DNA of 63,243 bases, filler included, from Folioceros fuciformis (taxonomy: Eukaryota): assembly GCA_049999805.1 (NCBI GenBank). It is 4 parts of 4 records of this genome, joined end to end, with 100 filler letters (N's around TTAATTAATTAA, not from the genome) between each part and the next. Parts side by side here need not be neighbours in the genome. Positions count along the whole stretch, not along the records: positions 1 to 25,047 come from JBNGIO010006231.1; 3 more parts are not named here. One strand, given 5' to 3'. Positions 14,033 to 25,147 of this stretch are shown here, in pieces. The position numbers and the translations under genes were made by a program. The notes under the pieces were generated by a model. That model searched no databases, was not told where the DNA came from, and was given only the letters and a program-made list of their open reading frames with translations. The stretch's first letter is position 1. The number at the start of each line of letters is the position of its first letter.

Positions 14033-15465
14033 GAGCGTTTAGAAAGTGTACAAGGCTACCAATCTATAACAAATGAATTTAATTATAACCACGCAAGAGG
14101 GTGGGTGGAGTCCCGGCCTAGGGTGGAATCAAAAGCCAGGGGTGTGTGGAGCTTTTGTGAGGAAGGTTAACTGCAGAGAGTTGAACTGAGTTGTGGAGAA
14201 GGTTAAGTGAAGAAAGTTGAGCTGAGTGCAACTAGAATTTAAGAGAAAATTATGAATATTGTTTGTATAAGAAACATGAATTCAAAATCTAAGAGACAAT
14301 TGTGACCGAGGCCTAGAGTTGATGTTTAGTGAATGTTCCTGTTATATAGCTCGAAGATTGTATTGAATTGAGCCAAGATGAGCGAAGAGAGTAATTCATT
14401 CAACCAAGTTGAGCGAAGGGAGGAAGATTCAAAAAAGCCAAAAAAGAAAACAGGTATTGTGTAGAGAATGTGAAGACTTTATTAGAAAAAAGAGATGGAA
14501 GTTCCATCTACCCCGTGGCAAGGGGAACAACCCACAATGAGGAAAAGCCAAGAAAGGGGCCTAACCCCCTCGTTTGTTTATTTTGTAACTCCCTATCGCC
14601 CCTAAGATGTCACATTTAAATATGAGGTATGGCCTACTTACCATCGGGGCCACTAAAGCCTCATCCACCGCACTTGATGTTGTCTGAAAAATTGCGTTTG
14701 CCAAGGCCTTTTGTAGTGCAATCAAAACCCGTTGCCAGAAAAATGCCACTGCGCCGAATAGGGGAAGCCCTACGCCGCTTCTTTTGAAGTGATGGGCCTT
14801 CGTACATGTCTTCAAAAACCTGGAAAATCCTTACCCATGGCCCCATGCATTTCAATAGCAAGGGGGATGAACAAGTGACCCTGCTGCATGGGCCTCTACT
14901 TGCAAGTCTTCTTTGTTGTGCTTCCTTCTGCCATCCAACCCGGGGGGTTGATAATGACATGCTTGCTGATGGTAAGGTCTGCGACCACCACATCCGCTAT
15001 AGAAACTTGGTCCTCCGTGGTCAAGAAAAAGGTTTGTAATGAGGGAGACGCCATTTAGCAAGGTATATAGGCACTCCTTGTAGGGGAAGAAGCCACCCTC
15101 CTTGGCCAAAGAAAACATAACATTTCTCACTACATTATGTGTGGCGATGTGCTACCTGCCGATAGGGCAAGGCAAGTGGCTCCTCGGGTTGTTGAGGGGG
15201 AACCCACAGCTACAAGAAGAGAGAGACCAGGCCAACGGTTGGACCAAGCCTAGGCAGAACCTCATCGCAGTAGAGAAAGAAGCTGGTGCGATTTGGAAAG
15301 CATAAATGCATGGACGAGCCAATAGCCAAGAGCCAACGCTCTTCCCCGAACAAGATCAAAGGCATGCCCGAGCCTGCTTGTCAATGGAGGAATCTAGCAT
15401 AAGGGCCTGCAACTCTTGCTTATAATCCATTTCCATGAGGATGGCCTGAAGCCCCCTTATGCTAA
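14033..15465 (-). mobile_element. 5'-truncated, decayed non-LTR retrotransposon with restriction-like endonuclease (CRE/SLACS-like)
   Basis: Minus-strand translation across stops and frameshifts: ARACL*SCSGKSVGSWLLARP...FSTAMRFCLGL...CSCGFPLNNPRSHLPCPIGR*HIATHNVVRN (CCHC finger)...IADVVVAD...KKTCK*...FIPLAIEMHGAMG...FFWQRVLIALQKALANAI (coding ~14561-15465). Candidate 7-bp TSD TGAATAT at 14026-14032 and 15466-15472. Confidence 0.75.
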
Positions 15466-17765
15466 TGAATATTAATGGTTTACGGCCGGGTTGAGCACTC
15501 CAGGTCGGAGGTTTTGGCCGGGTTTATCTTTAGGTACACCTGGATTTCTCAAATCCAGAGTACTCATCATGCCGATTGGTACCGTCTGAAATAACAGAAC
15601 GGCTTTATATACAACCCGGGCTGGATGTCATATAGGACCAGGAATCACTTGTTGTTTTGCCATTTCCATGACCGCTGCAAGTTGCCCTCTTTGCATGAAT
15701 CGTTCTAGCATTGAAGACAGGGCACGCTTGCATTGTATAGATGGACTCTTTTGTTCTGTTATCGACTTCAGCAAGACCCCCGCTTGGATTCAATGTGCCA
15801 AGCATACCTGGTAGGTATCAAGTGTGAAGCATGCTAGAAATTGTGAAGACATTGCTAACAGAAACGTGTATCAACCTCAACATTTGTCTTATGGTGTAGC
15901 TCTAGGTTTGAGCATGAGTGAGGGAGGAGGTCCTTTGCTCCTCCAAACCCACATTGGGGATAATGTAGCAGCACACTTACAGGGTCCTGGCTATTCCACA
16001 GCTTGGAGGCCACAATTTCAGACTGAGCTGGACAGCCAAGGTCCTCAAAACCCGTCTATGAATCCCAACCGTGCCAAGGGCAAGAACATCAAAGGACTCC
16101 ACCATCACTAGATTGGTGCCCATGGGTCGCGGGTTCATGGTCTTATCGTTGAAAATGGACATGAGTTGGATACGTTTCTGTGCAACCACGTTCTGCGGAT
16201 GTATGCTTCTCAACATCTATAAGCACTAAGATCATTAGATCTTATCCACTCCAAACCTAAGATGATATCATGGTCATCTATCTTCATGATTGTGAAACTC
16301 ACACTTCCTTACTACGCCTCAACTTGCAACTTTACTCCACGCAGTTTGCCCAAAAATTGCAAAGTCCCTTTAGCTTGATTAATTCCATATGGCATGAGAG
16401 TTTTAGTCCATTCAAGGCCAAGCTCTCTTGCCTTACGGAGTTACAAAATTGTGGGTGGCTGTAGAATCTAGCAACCTCTATATCATGGCCATTCATCTTT
16501 CCACATATGTACATTTGGTCTCCACCTTCCCTGGAAATAGTGTTTTTCTTGACATTAGATGACAAACCACATGTCTTCATAACATGTGGCCCCTGGTTGG
16601 ACTCTTTCTAGAAGTTCTTGGATCCCGGCTCGTAGAACAGGTGGATTAGTGGCAACCACACTCAAGTTGGGAGTTCCTGCATACAGACAATTCCTAGCAA
16701 ATTGTTCCTATTCTCCACAACGATAATACACACGGAAGGTAGGCATTACTCGTCGTCTTCTGCTTCCTTTGTTATCACCTCTACCTCGGCCTGTGCCAGT
16801 AGTATCATTAGTTCCACTATTCCTAGTGATGGTGGCTCATCCTCTGCCTCTAGATCTACCCTAAGATCTAGGATATCTTCCTCTTAAGACTGGAGCCTCC
16901 TGAACAAACATGTCTAGTATGGCATCTGCTACTGCCATAGCCACTTGTAGCGTTTGGGGATAAGTTAATGCTATCATGTTTTGAGCCCACCTCTTAAGGC
17001 CAGTTGTAAACTTGTGGATTTTGTGTTGTTCATGCATCTCTGGACATTGCAAGAAAATCGAGCTAAACTCACTTACATACTCCCTGCAAAGTTTCAATAT
17101 GCATGACATTGTAGAGCATCCTTCGCGCCAAACTCGCAGCATTAGCGGGTTGGAAACGGAGTTGTAGCACTTCCTTGAAGTCTGCCCATGTGACGATTGT
17201 GGCTCCACTATTGTCTTGCCTTACGCTCTCTACGTAAGTCCTCCACTAAGTAAGAGCATAATCCTCCAAGAAATTCCTAGTGTGCTTCAAGTACTTGTCT
17301 TGTGGCACCCCACATGACTCTAAGTACGCTTCCAAAGAGAAGACCAAGAACTGATTTTCTCTACGTCACGCTCACCTTTGTAATTCTTAGGGGCCTGAAC
17401 ACTCAGCCTCAACTTCTTGGACTTCTTGGCAACATTGGTCTCAAACTTAGGCTCCATTTCTTTTAGCTCTTGGTCTATGAGCCTTCATCTGCCTTTGATC
17501 TCTTGATCAATGGCATCAAGTTGCTTCATGATTTTTGGAGTTGGTCCTCTATGGTGGTGCTGGTTCTTTGTTATGAAGTTCCTTCCTCTGCCATTCTCAC
17601 AACTAGAGGATCTGCTTGTGGCTCTTCCATAACGACTTCAGAAAGCGAGGTCTTGTCTTTTCTACGGCATACTCGCTATGCTCTACTTGGCTCAGTAGGA
17701 TCTGCCATATGTAGCTAGCGTACTAGTCAAGGTGTCTTCAACTAGCGTACTAGTCTTCAATCTAT

Positions 17766-17777
17766 GCTCTGATACCA
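17766..17777 (-). promoter_or_regulatory. Primer-binding site (tRNA-iMet 3' end) of the gypsy element
   Basis: The + strand reads GCTCTGATACCA, the reverse complement of TGGTATCAGAGC. Confidence 0.9.
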
Positions 17778-18200
17778 CAAAGTAACACCTCCTTTAGGGA
17801 GGTGGGGCAAAACCACGCAGTTAGAAGCAAAAGCAAGAGTGATAGTTAAACGCTAGACACAGCACTAGGCCTCCAAGTAGCCCACCCTCCTCTTCTAGGA
17901 GGACTCGCAGCCAACACCCTTGTTGCTGCTCTTTATTTCAAAAGCACAAGTCAACAAGAACATACAAAGACAGAGGGTTAGAGAGAACTCCCCATCTTTG
18001 CCTAATCTAGAAGCTTAGTTCTCAAGTCTCTTGACCTCCTCCACAAGATCCTTCACAACANNNNNNNNNNCTTAGTTCTCAAGTCTCTTGACCTCCTCCA
18101 CAAGATCCTTCACAACATACCTCTCATGTGCTAGAGGGTTAGAGAGAACTCCCCATCTTTGCCTAATCTAGAAGCTTAGTTCTCAAGTCTCTTGACCTCC

Positions 18201-21200
18201 TGCGGAAGAAAATATTGTGCCTGGGGGCACCACAAGGTCCACACAAACCCTCTATGTCGTTGTAGCCGTGGGATTCGATCTAAGGGAATGATTTGTGCCA
18301 AGTAACAAATGTTTCTTCTAATATCGACTCTTACCTAGGTCAGGCCTTACCTACCACTAGCTCTACTACCTACAAGTTCAGCCACTACTACCCCTTAGCT
18401 AGTCTAGCTACCCCAGGCCTGCTCTCCAGCTCTAATCACTACCCCACAACCGAGGTAGGGGTCTCTATGACCGCTGGCCCCTCTACGACCGGTTGGGGTC
18501 TCTACGACCGGTTGGGGTCTCTACAACCGGTAGCGGATTCCACTACCATGGTGGGTCCCACCCAAAATCCTAACCAACACTCGACATCACAGGTACCATT
18601 GTGGACTTCTGCCCACGGGTCCCTACCCAGATTTCCCAAAACCGCGGGTCGGTTTTATTAAACACTCCTCAAAACCCCAGATACACACTTGGTCGGTCCG
18701 GCTCCGAGGCGTCCGCTCTCGACTCTTCACACCCACTCAGTACTTCTAGCACACACCCAGCTCTGGCGTACAGTCGCCCTCACAACTCACTTCCACTTCC
18801 AGCAATATCCACGTTTTCTTAAGCAGTTCTCAGCAGTCTCTTGTACCACACTTTGGACAATATTTCCAGCACTCAAAGTTCCGCCAGGAATTCTTTAGCA
18901 ACTTCATCACAGCCTTAACACTCTCCCAGTCACTCAGTCTTCACAGCACACCCATTCGCGGTTAGCAGTTCGGGAAATAAGGGAAGGAGAGACACTCCTT
19001 CCACTCCGCAGTCGGCGGATTCGTCTCCCTCTTTGCAGACACCTCGGTCTCACTTCTTCTTGTCTCGACTCACACACTCGCTCATTCGCTTCTCTCCTTC
19101 TCATACGATCACAACTCAAACACTCACTCACACCAATGCTAGGACCAGGTGGTAGCTGATAATCAGGAAATAAGGGAGGGATGAAATCTCCATCACTTCG
19201 CGATCGGTGGATTCGTCTCCCTCCTGCTTCTAGAACACTCAGCCAGCCTCTCCTCGACTCACTCCTCATCACAATATTTGAAGAGCAATTGAAACGTTAG
19301 GGGATAAGGGAAGTGGGTGTCCTGCTTCCACTCCACAGTCGGCGGATTCGTCCCCCTTTGCTCCTACTGCGACACACAACGCGAATTGCCGGAATAGTAG
19401 GGAAGTCTGCCTTCCACTCAGTGAGGTAAAGAAACCTCGCACACCACCACCCAGGAACACCGCACGCACTCACCTGCCCGGGTCTCCCTATTCGGTAGCG
19501 GCCGTCGCCAAGCTTCCTCGAGTTGGGAACATCGATTTCTCGCTGCTTCAGTGAGACGCCAACAGGCCTCTTGTACACAATGGAGGGCTCGCAGCTGCCA
19601 TTCATTCTGGTCCGCGGACAGGGAGCGCTCTTAATTATGAGAGGCAACAGGTCCAAGAAAAGCATATCCTCCAGATCCTGTAGTATTCTACTCTAAGATG
19701 CAATTACTATGGCCTATCTTATTGTCGCGCCCGCCTCCTGTCCGGTCGTCACGCTCCTCCTCTTGCCCACCAGCCTCGAGCCCTCCTCCCTTGCCGTTGG
19801 TCAGGCAAATCCTCCCAGAGGATTTCTACCTCGCCACTACTGCTTGACCTTTCCAGTGGCGAAGTAGGTGGGCCCCATCGAGGGGGACTCCTTCCTCCCT
19901 CTAGTCGTTTGTTGCGGAGGATCATCACAGGCTCTCGCTCAACTCACGCCCGTGCCTCCTCCTCTGTCAATTCTTCCAGGACTGCCTCTTCTACCTTGGT
20001 CGGGCTTTCCTCTACCAGCATGGTCTCTCTCCGACCGGTAGCCTCTTTGACTACCTCCAGCTACTTTGCCTAGCCTTGCCTTTTCCCTTCACTCGGCTCC
20101 GGGCTTCGTCCCGTTCCCGCTTGTACCTGTTCGCCAGTTTCTGCACTTTCTCCACTGTAGCCACCTCCTGTTCCTCTGCAGACCCTTAGCAATTCCTTCT
20201 GCATCTCCTAGTTGGTTCTATGGGCCTCTTTAAGTTGAGCCAGGAGCAATTCCTGCTGCTCCTTCAGTGTTTGCATTTCCTCCCGGGCTCGGCATGCTTC
20301 ATCCTCCGCGTGCTCCTTAGCTGCAATCAGGGTCCGTCGAATCTCCTCTAGCTATTGCCGACTTACTTCAACCTCAGTCAGCTTCTCTTGTGCCTCTACT
20401 TCCTTCTGCCTCTACATGCTCAACGAGGTCAGTGCTCTAGCAGCTTGGTTCAGCATATCCGATGCCTGCACCATGGCCGCAGTCAGGCCTGGTAAATCCA
20501 CCTGCTGCGATGCGTCTCTAGTGGCCATCCTTCTATCTAAATTTTGCCTTCCCAGCAGCATGCGCATTCTGGCCAAATCCTCCTCCTACAGCCTGGTCAT
20601 AAGAGGAACACTCTTGAAAATCCCTTCCCATCCTGGAAAAGGGTTCCTCCTCTTGCACTTGCTCTAACTCGCCCACCACCTCAGATGGGCCCGCTTCCTC
20701 TCCTGGCACCTTTTCTTGAGGTGCATCCAATGCCTTGTCATCCAGCTTTTGGACGACCTCCTTTGGCACTGATTCGCCCACAGCTTTGGCAACTTGGCCA
20801 CCGACCTTCCTCTTCTTGGCAAGAGTCTTCCGCCCTGCTCCTGCCTTCCGCTTTTTGCTAGTCAGGGCTTCCTTCTCTGAGCTCCCCGTGGCTCTTGATT
20901 CCCAACTGCTGGAATCGGCTTCTTCCTCTGGCTCCTTTGGCTTCCACTTCACCTCTCAGACTGGCTTCTACATATGCAAAGAGGTAACGACGTCAATCTT
21001 GGGTAAGCTATTAGCATGATAGTACAAATGAACAAGAAATGGTGAGATCATTGACGGGAGGGGAGTGGGAGAGGTCAGATTCTGCCTCTCCTCATTCAGT
21101 CGATCGTACAGGATTTCCCCCCAATCAACCCGATTGCCCTTTGACTACCTCGTGTAGAAACAGAAGCATGTGGTCGCACAGGTAGTCCTGCTTCCTGTTC

Positions 21201-21893
21201 TGTAGGAAGCATAGGAGCCACCTAGCCAGCCCCATGAGCTCGGCAGTCGCCATCTCCCGCGCCAACCAGCTGTTGGCTTCTCTCTCTGTTCCTGTCTTGA
21301 ACAACGCCGCCGCTGCTGCCGTGGTGCTGCGCTTCTTCAAGGACTCGATGACCAGTCCTCCTGCTTCCTCCGGGCTGTGCCCATACACCGTTCGAATCAA
21401 GTCCACGCTCCAGTCCTGTGGATTCCCCCTAATCCCTTCCTCCTTCGCCTGGCTTCTCAGGCGTCGTGCACACTTATGCACCAAAGCAGGTGCTGCGTGG
21501 TTCCACCGTTGGGCCATGAACCCGAGGCCTAGCTCCTCTACTAGCCCTCCGGCTGTGGCCTTCTAGTGGTCCATGTTCGGCCAAAGAGTGACCTCAACTT
21601 GAGGCACATGGACCTATTCCTTGTTCCGGGCCACACCTGCCGGCACTAGCTCTGCAGCAGATCTCTCCATCTTCATCTTCCTCAGTCTTCTCTCGCCTCC
21701 GCGCCTCCCCTTGGTTGCCCGTGCTGTCGCTGTCTTGCTCAGAAGCCGCTATGCCTGTCCGCCCTTCGCTTAGGTTGCGCGTCTCCCGCTCACGTCCCGA
21801 CCACCACTTCTGCTCCTTGACTCCTCAGCTGCGCTCCCTTTTCAAAATCACGCGTGGACTCTCCTGACCCTTACTTAGGGTTTTTTCTCTACA
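18201..21893 (-). mobile_element. 3.69-kb solo-LTR-like element nested in the gypsy LTR
   Basis: Ends TG(CGGAAGAAAA)...(TTTTTTCTCTA)CA; 5-bp TSD CCTCC at 18196-18200 and 21894-21898; removing it restores the host repeat GACCTCCTCCACAAG. Orientation is inferred. Confidence 0.88.
19720..21676 (-). pseudogene. Decayed ~650-codon ORF inside the solo-LTR-like element (retrotransposon accessory-protein-like N-domain, basic NLS-like segment, coiled coil)
   Basis: MKMERSAAEL...LGLGFMAQRW...IRGNPQDWSVDLIRTVYG...(fs)VDWGEILYDRL...SMISPFLVHLYYH...KKRKAGAGRKTLAKKRK...coiled-coil EEMQTLKEQQELLLAQLKE; interrupted by in-frame stops and frameshifts. 3' end approximate. Confidence 0.7.
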
Positions 21894-22249
21894 CCTCCTC
21901 CACAAGATTCTTCACAACACACCTCTCATGTGCTTACAGTACAAGCAACATATGCTCTTAAGATGTAGCCCAAACACCTAGTGTTCTCACATCTTTGAGG
22001 GGATACTCAATTGTCCTTAGCGCTTGGCTAGGTCCTCTTTTATACTCAAGCTCTAGTCACAGCTTAGCAACTACTTACTTATGCTCTAAGCTATTATTTA
22101 CTACCACACACTTCCTAGGGCTGTATGCTTGTTATTATTTACTACCAGACACTTCCTAGGGCTGTACGCTTGTTATGCTCTTAGTAAGCTGCTCTACTAA
22201 ATATACATCTACATGGAGCTTTCTTGCAGGGCACTCAAACCAGCTTTGT

Positions 22250-22425
22250 TACTATGTACCCACATATATGAAAGTGACACTCAAACTAGCTGTGGTACCT
22301 ACATATATGAATGTACCTACATATATGAAACGTCGAGCTTTCTTGCATGACACTCAAACCAGCTTCTTTACTCTGTACATATATGAAAGGTGGAGCTTTC
22401 TTACATGTACCTACATATATGAAAG
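22250..22425. repeat. Degenerate tandem repeats (TGTACCTACATATATGAA units) within the gypsy LTR
   Basis: At least five copies of an ACATATATGAA core. Confidence 0.7.
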
Positions 22426-22877
22426 ACGAAGACTTCATTATTCTGAAAGACGGGATGAGAGGAAATGGAGGGCAGTTAACAAGTAAGGGACTAGCCGGAC
22501 TGGCACACATAACGCCTTACCTACCCAACCATAGACCGGTATTGCCGGGCTGCAACCTATTATTACATTTCCTTCTTGCGGACCGTGCTTTTTCTTGTTG
22601 TGGCAGACAGTCGCTTTTGCTACACGCGATCTTCATATACACAAGACTTGACAGGTGCTATAGCAACCTGCCTCATCATCGACTTTCAATAGCACAGCGA
22701 GTTGGCCATACATCGCACTCTTGATTCACCCATCACAGCCAGGCAGTCTGAAAACGGGTACTTTGCACTCGGCCATGCACATAGAGAAAGGAGAAACCAT
22801 AGGAGATACATTTGTGCTGCAACTGAACCACCGACAACCTGTAAAATAGACCTCCAGACTAGAGATACATCCTACAA

Positions 22878-24725
22878 CTACCAATCGAAGGAGTGAACAA
22901 TCTTGGGCGTGGCCACCACTAACGGAGCCCCAGGGGAGCTCGTCGATGCGTAGCTCTCATGCATGAACTTGCTGTCCACAACTGATTCATTCTTGGGAAG
23001 CACTTTGTAACAGAAGCACTCCTTAAGCCGCTCTGCAGACGTTGCCTTGTGGTAACACTCATGATCTGACTTCACAGTCTTGAACTCCCACACGAGAGTG
23101 TGGTTGCCCACACTGGCTACCAGGTTGTGTTCCTGCTTCCCGCTATCCGTCACGAAAGAAAACTGACCCCCATGGAACTTGATGTTCCCTCCTGCCAGAT
23201 ACGTATCCAAGGCAGAGACCTTGAGCAGCCTGGGGGCCGCGACTCGGCTCCCCATCCGGCCAGTGAACCCAGTCTTCTGCTTCCCATCCTTGTCTATGAA
23301 AACAGTGCTGATCAGCAGCAGGTAGTTGTCAGTGGTGGCCAGAATCCACTTCCCGTCATATGTGACATCTATATGGGTGATGGGCAGACCCAGGCCCGGG
23401 AACGCCGTCTTGGCCTGCCGCATGGACGTGGTCCCGTACAGCCGCACCTTCCCGTCTCGGGATCCCACCGCCACGGCTCCGTCCCCGGTCGAAGCGAAGC
23501 ACTGGAAGTTAGTCCCTCTCGAGAACTGGTGCCCTTCAGACCAGTTCAACACCGGACTCGCCAAATCCTGAACCATTCCGTGCCGATCCCTCATATCCCA
23601 TCTGCACAGGCGGTTGTCATCAAGCCCCAAAAAGGTTGACGTAGATGGATCCAACTGCGCCCCTTTGCTGTCATTGGTCATGTCCCGCATCTGAATAGGC
23701 GTCCCATCCTTCTCAAACTTCCACTCCGACACCGTCTTGCCAGTCTCTATATCCAACTGACTCACCCCACTCGCATGCGGCTTCCCCTCCTTAGCCGGGC
23801 TCCAGAGCATGAGGTTGCTCTCCCCCCTGATGAGCATACCCTTCTTAGGTGTCGAGTAGGGATCGCTATGCTGCTGATACCTAATGGTGCTCGTGTTCTT
23901 CACCCCGGTTGCCATGTTCCTGAACACATCCACCCCAGAGTTCCCGACGAGAAAGCTGTGCTCTTTCGCCCCAATAGTCAAGCTCTGCACCCCTCCCCCC
24001 TTGGTCGGTTCCGTGTACGTCTCCCGGAAGTTCCGAATCCTGGCGGGCGGCTCGAACGTGTCCTCCGCATCCTCCCAGATGCTCTCGTCCGCTGCCTCCG
24101 GCTTCGCCCACCCGATAAAGTCCTTACCATACACCTTGATCTTGTTCGCGTCCGTGGCCTGCAACCCGTGCGTGTTCTCGAACAAGCAGTTCTGGTACTC
24201 CGTCACAAAATCCCTGTAATCCTCCGGGCTAGGAAACTTCATCGCCCACACTCCCTTGTACGCCACGTCCACCCGAAGCTCCTCCCCATGGAACTGCAGC
24301 GGCAGCCGGTCTGACACCGGCACCCGCACCCTCCTCCCCACCACCAGAGCCCAATTCTTGACGCCCCTCCGCTTCGCCGCTTTCCTCCCCTCCTCCTCGT
24401 CGTCCTCATCCTCATCCTCGTCGTCGTCCCCGGCCCTGTCAAAGGTCCATGTCGCAGCCTTCTCCACCACGACCCATCGCCCATTAGGCCCCCCCGACGT
24501 CACATGCTGGTACAGCTTCACCTTGGGCCCGGCCTCCGGCTTGCTGAGGCTCAGCCCCTGGAGCCTCTGATTGAGCAGCTCCGTCCTGGCCGCCGGCTCC
24601 TCCCGCACGATCGTGGCCTTCGGGGAGTGGAACCCTTCCGAGTCCTCATCTTCCTCCTCCTCCTCCAGTTCCTCCTCTTCGTCCGAGGAATCGAGCTTGC
24701 TGTCCCTGCTCTGCGACGTCCCCAT
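22878..24725 (-). CDS. CYPRO4 / DEFECTIVE EMBRYO AND MERISTEMS-like VID27-family protein, single exon
   Basis: MGTSQS (myristoylation-like) plus acidic tract; CLFENTHGL...[95 protein letters not shown] at 24725. Confidence 0.93.
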   Translation of the reverse strand: MGTSQSRDSKLDSSDEEEELEEEEEDEDSEGFHSPKATIVREEPAARTELLNQRLQGLSLSKPEAGPKVKLYQHVTSGGPNGRWVVVEKAATWTFDRAGDDDEDEDEDDEEEGRKAAKRRGVKNWALVVGRRVRVPVSDRLPLQFHGEELRVDVAYKGVWAMKFPSPEDYRDFVTEYQNCLFENTHGLQATDANKIKVYGKDFIGWAKPEAADESIWEDAEDTFEPPARIRNFRETYTEPTKGGGVQSLTIGAKEHSFLVGNSGVDVFRNMATGVKNTSTIRYQQHSDPYSTPKKGMLIRGESNLMLWSPAKEGKPHASGVSQLDIETGKTVSEWKFEKDGTPIQMRDMTNDSKGAQLDPSTSTFLGLDDNRLCRWDMRDRHGMVQDLASPVLNWSEGHQFSRGTNFQCFASTGDGAVAVGSRDGKVRLYGTTSMRQAKTAFPGLGLPITHIDVTYDGKWILATTDNYLLLISTVFIDKDGKQKTGFTGRMGSRVAAPRLLKVSALDTYLAGGNIKFHGGQFSFVTDSGKQEHNLVASVGNHTLVWEFKTVKSDHECYHKATSAERLKECFCYKVLPKNESVVDSKFMHESYASTSSPGAPLVVATPKIVHSFDW

Positions 24726-25047
24726 AGCTCCCCCTTCAGTCCCTCGGTCCTCACACGCCCACAAATTTGGCAAGCCCTGGCGGCGAGAGCGGGAGCGTGA
24801 AAAAGTGCTATAAGCAAGAAGCAGGTGGCGTATTGCCCCGCGGAGCCGTGAACACTCTCGCCACTTCGTTGCCCGCGCCGGACGAAACCGCGGCAATCCA
24901 AAATTCCGACCGTTCAAGTTTCCGCGCGTTACTCGAATTCGGAGGATTTCTCTTTTGCAAGCCAAGCAACGCGAGGGTGAAAAGCAAGGAAGTACTAGAA
25001 GTTTTTTTTACTGCGGAGAGGATTAAACTGAGCAAGGGAGGCATCAC

Positions 25048-25147
25048 NNNNNNNNNNNNNNNNNNNNNNNNNNNNNNNNNNNNNNNNNNNNTTAATTAAT
25101 TAANNNNNNNNNNNNNNNNNNNNNNNNNNNNNNNNNNNNNNNNNNNN
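25048..25147. other. Assembly join: N-gap with TTAATTAATTAA linker
   Basis: 100-bp N run with a central six-frame-stop linker. Confidence 0.97.

Larger units (their letters stand above)
15830..22481 (-). mobile_element. Decayed Ty3/gypsy LTR retrotransposon (5' LTR, PBS, gag, protease); LTR interrupted by a nested element
   Basis: PBS TGGTATCAGAGC (minus strand) at 17777-17766; gag relic PKNYKGERD, TWADFKEVLQLRF, CREYVSEF, KFTTGLK; protease LLDSTATHNF (16474-16445) and DIILGLEW. The LTR begins at ~17781, is split at 18200/21894 and resumes. Outer boundaries are approximate. Confidence 0.8.

Noticed and set aside
15504-15533. VGGFGRVYL, resembling a kinase glycine loop
   Set aside because: It is immediately followed by a stop and no further kinase subdomains are found nearby.
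17972-18200. Apparent multi-copy tandem repeat around the 10-N gap
   Set aside because: Identical sequence on both sides of the Ns suggests unmerged contig overlap, so copy number is unreliable.
24726-24965. 80-aa N-terminal extension of the CYPRO4 ORF given by the ORF track
   Set aside because: It starts at a non-ATG codon; MGTSQS at 24725 is the family-like start.
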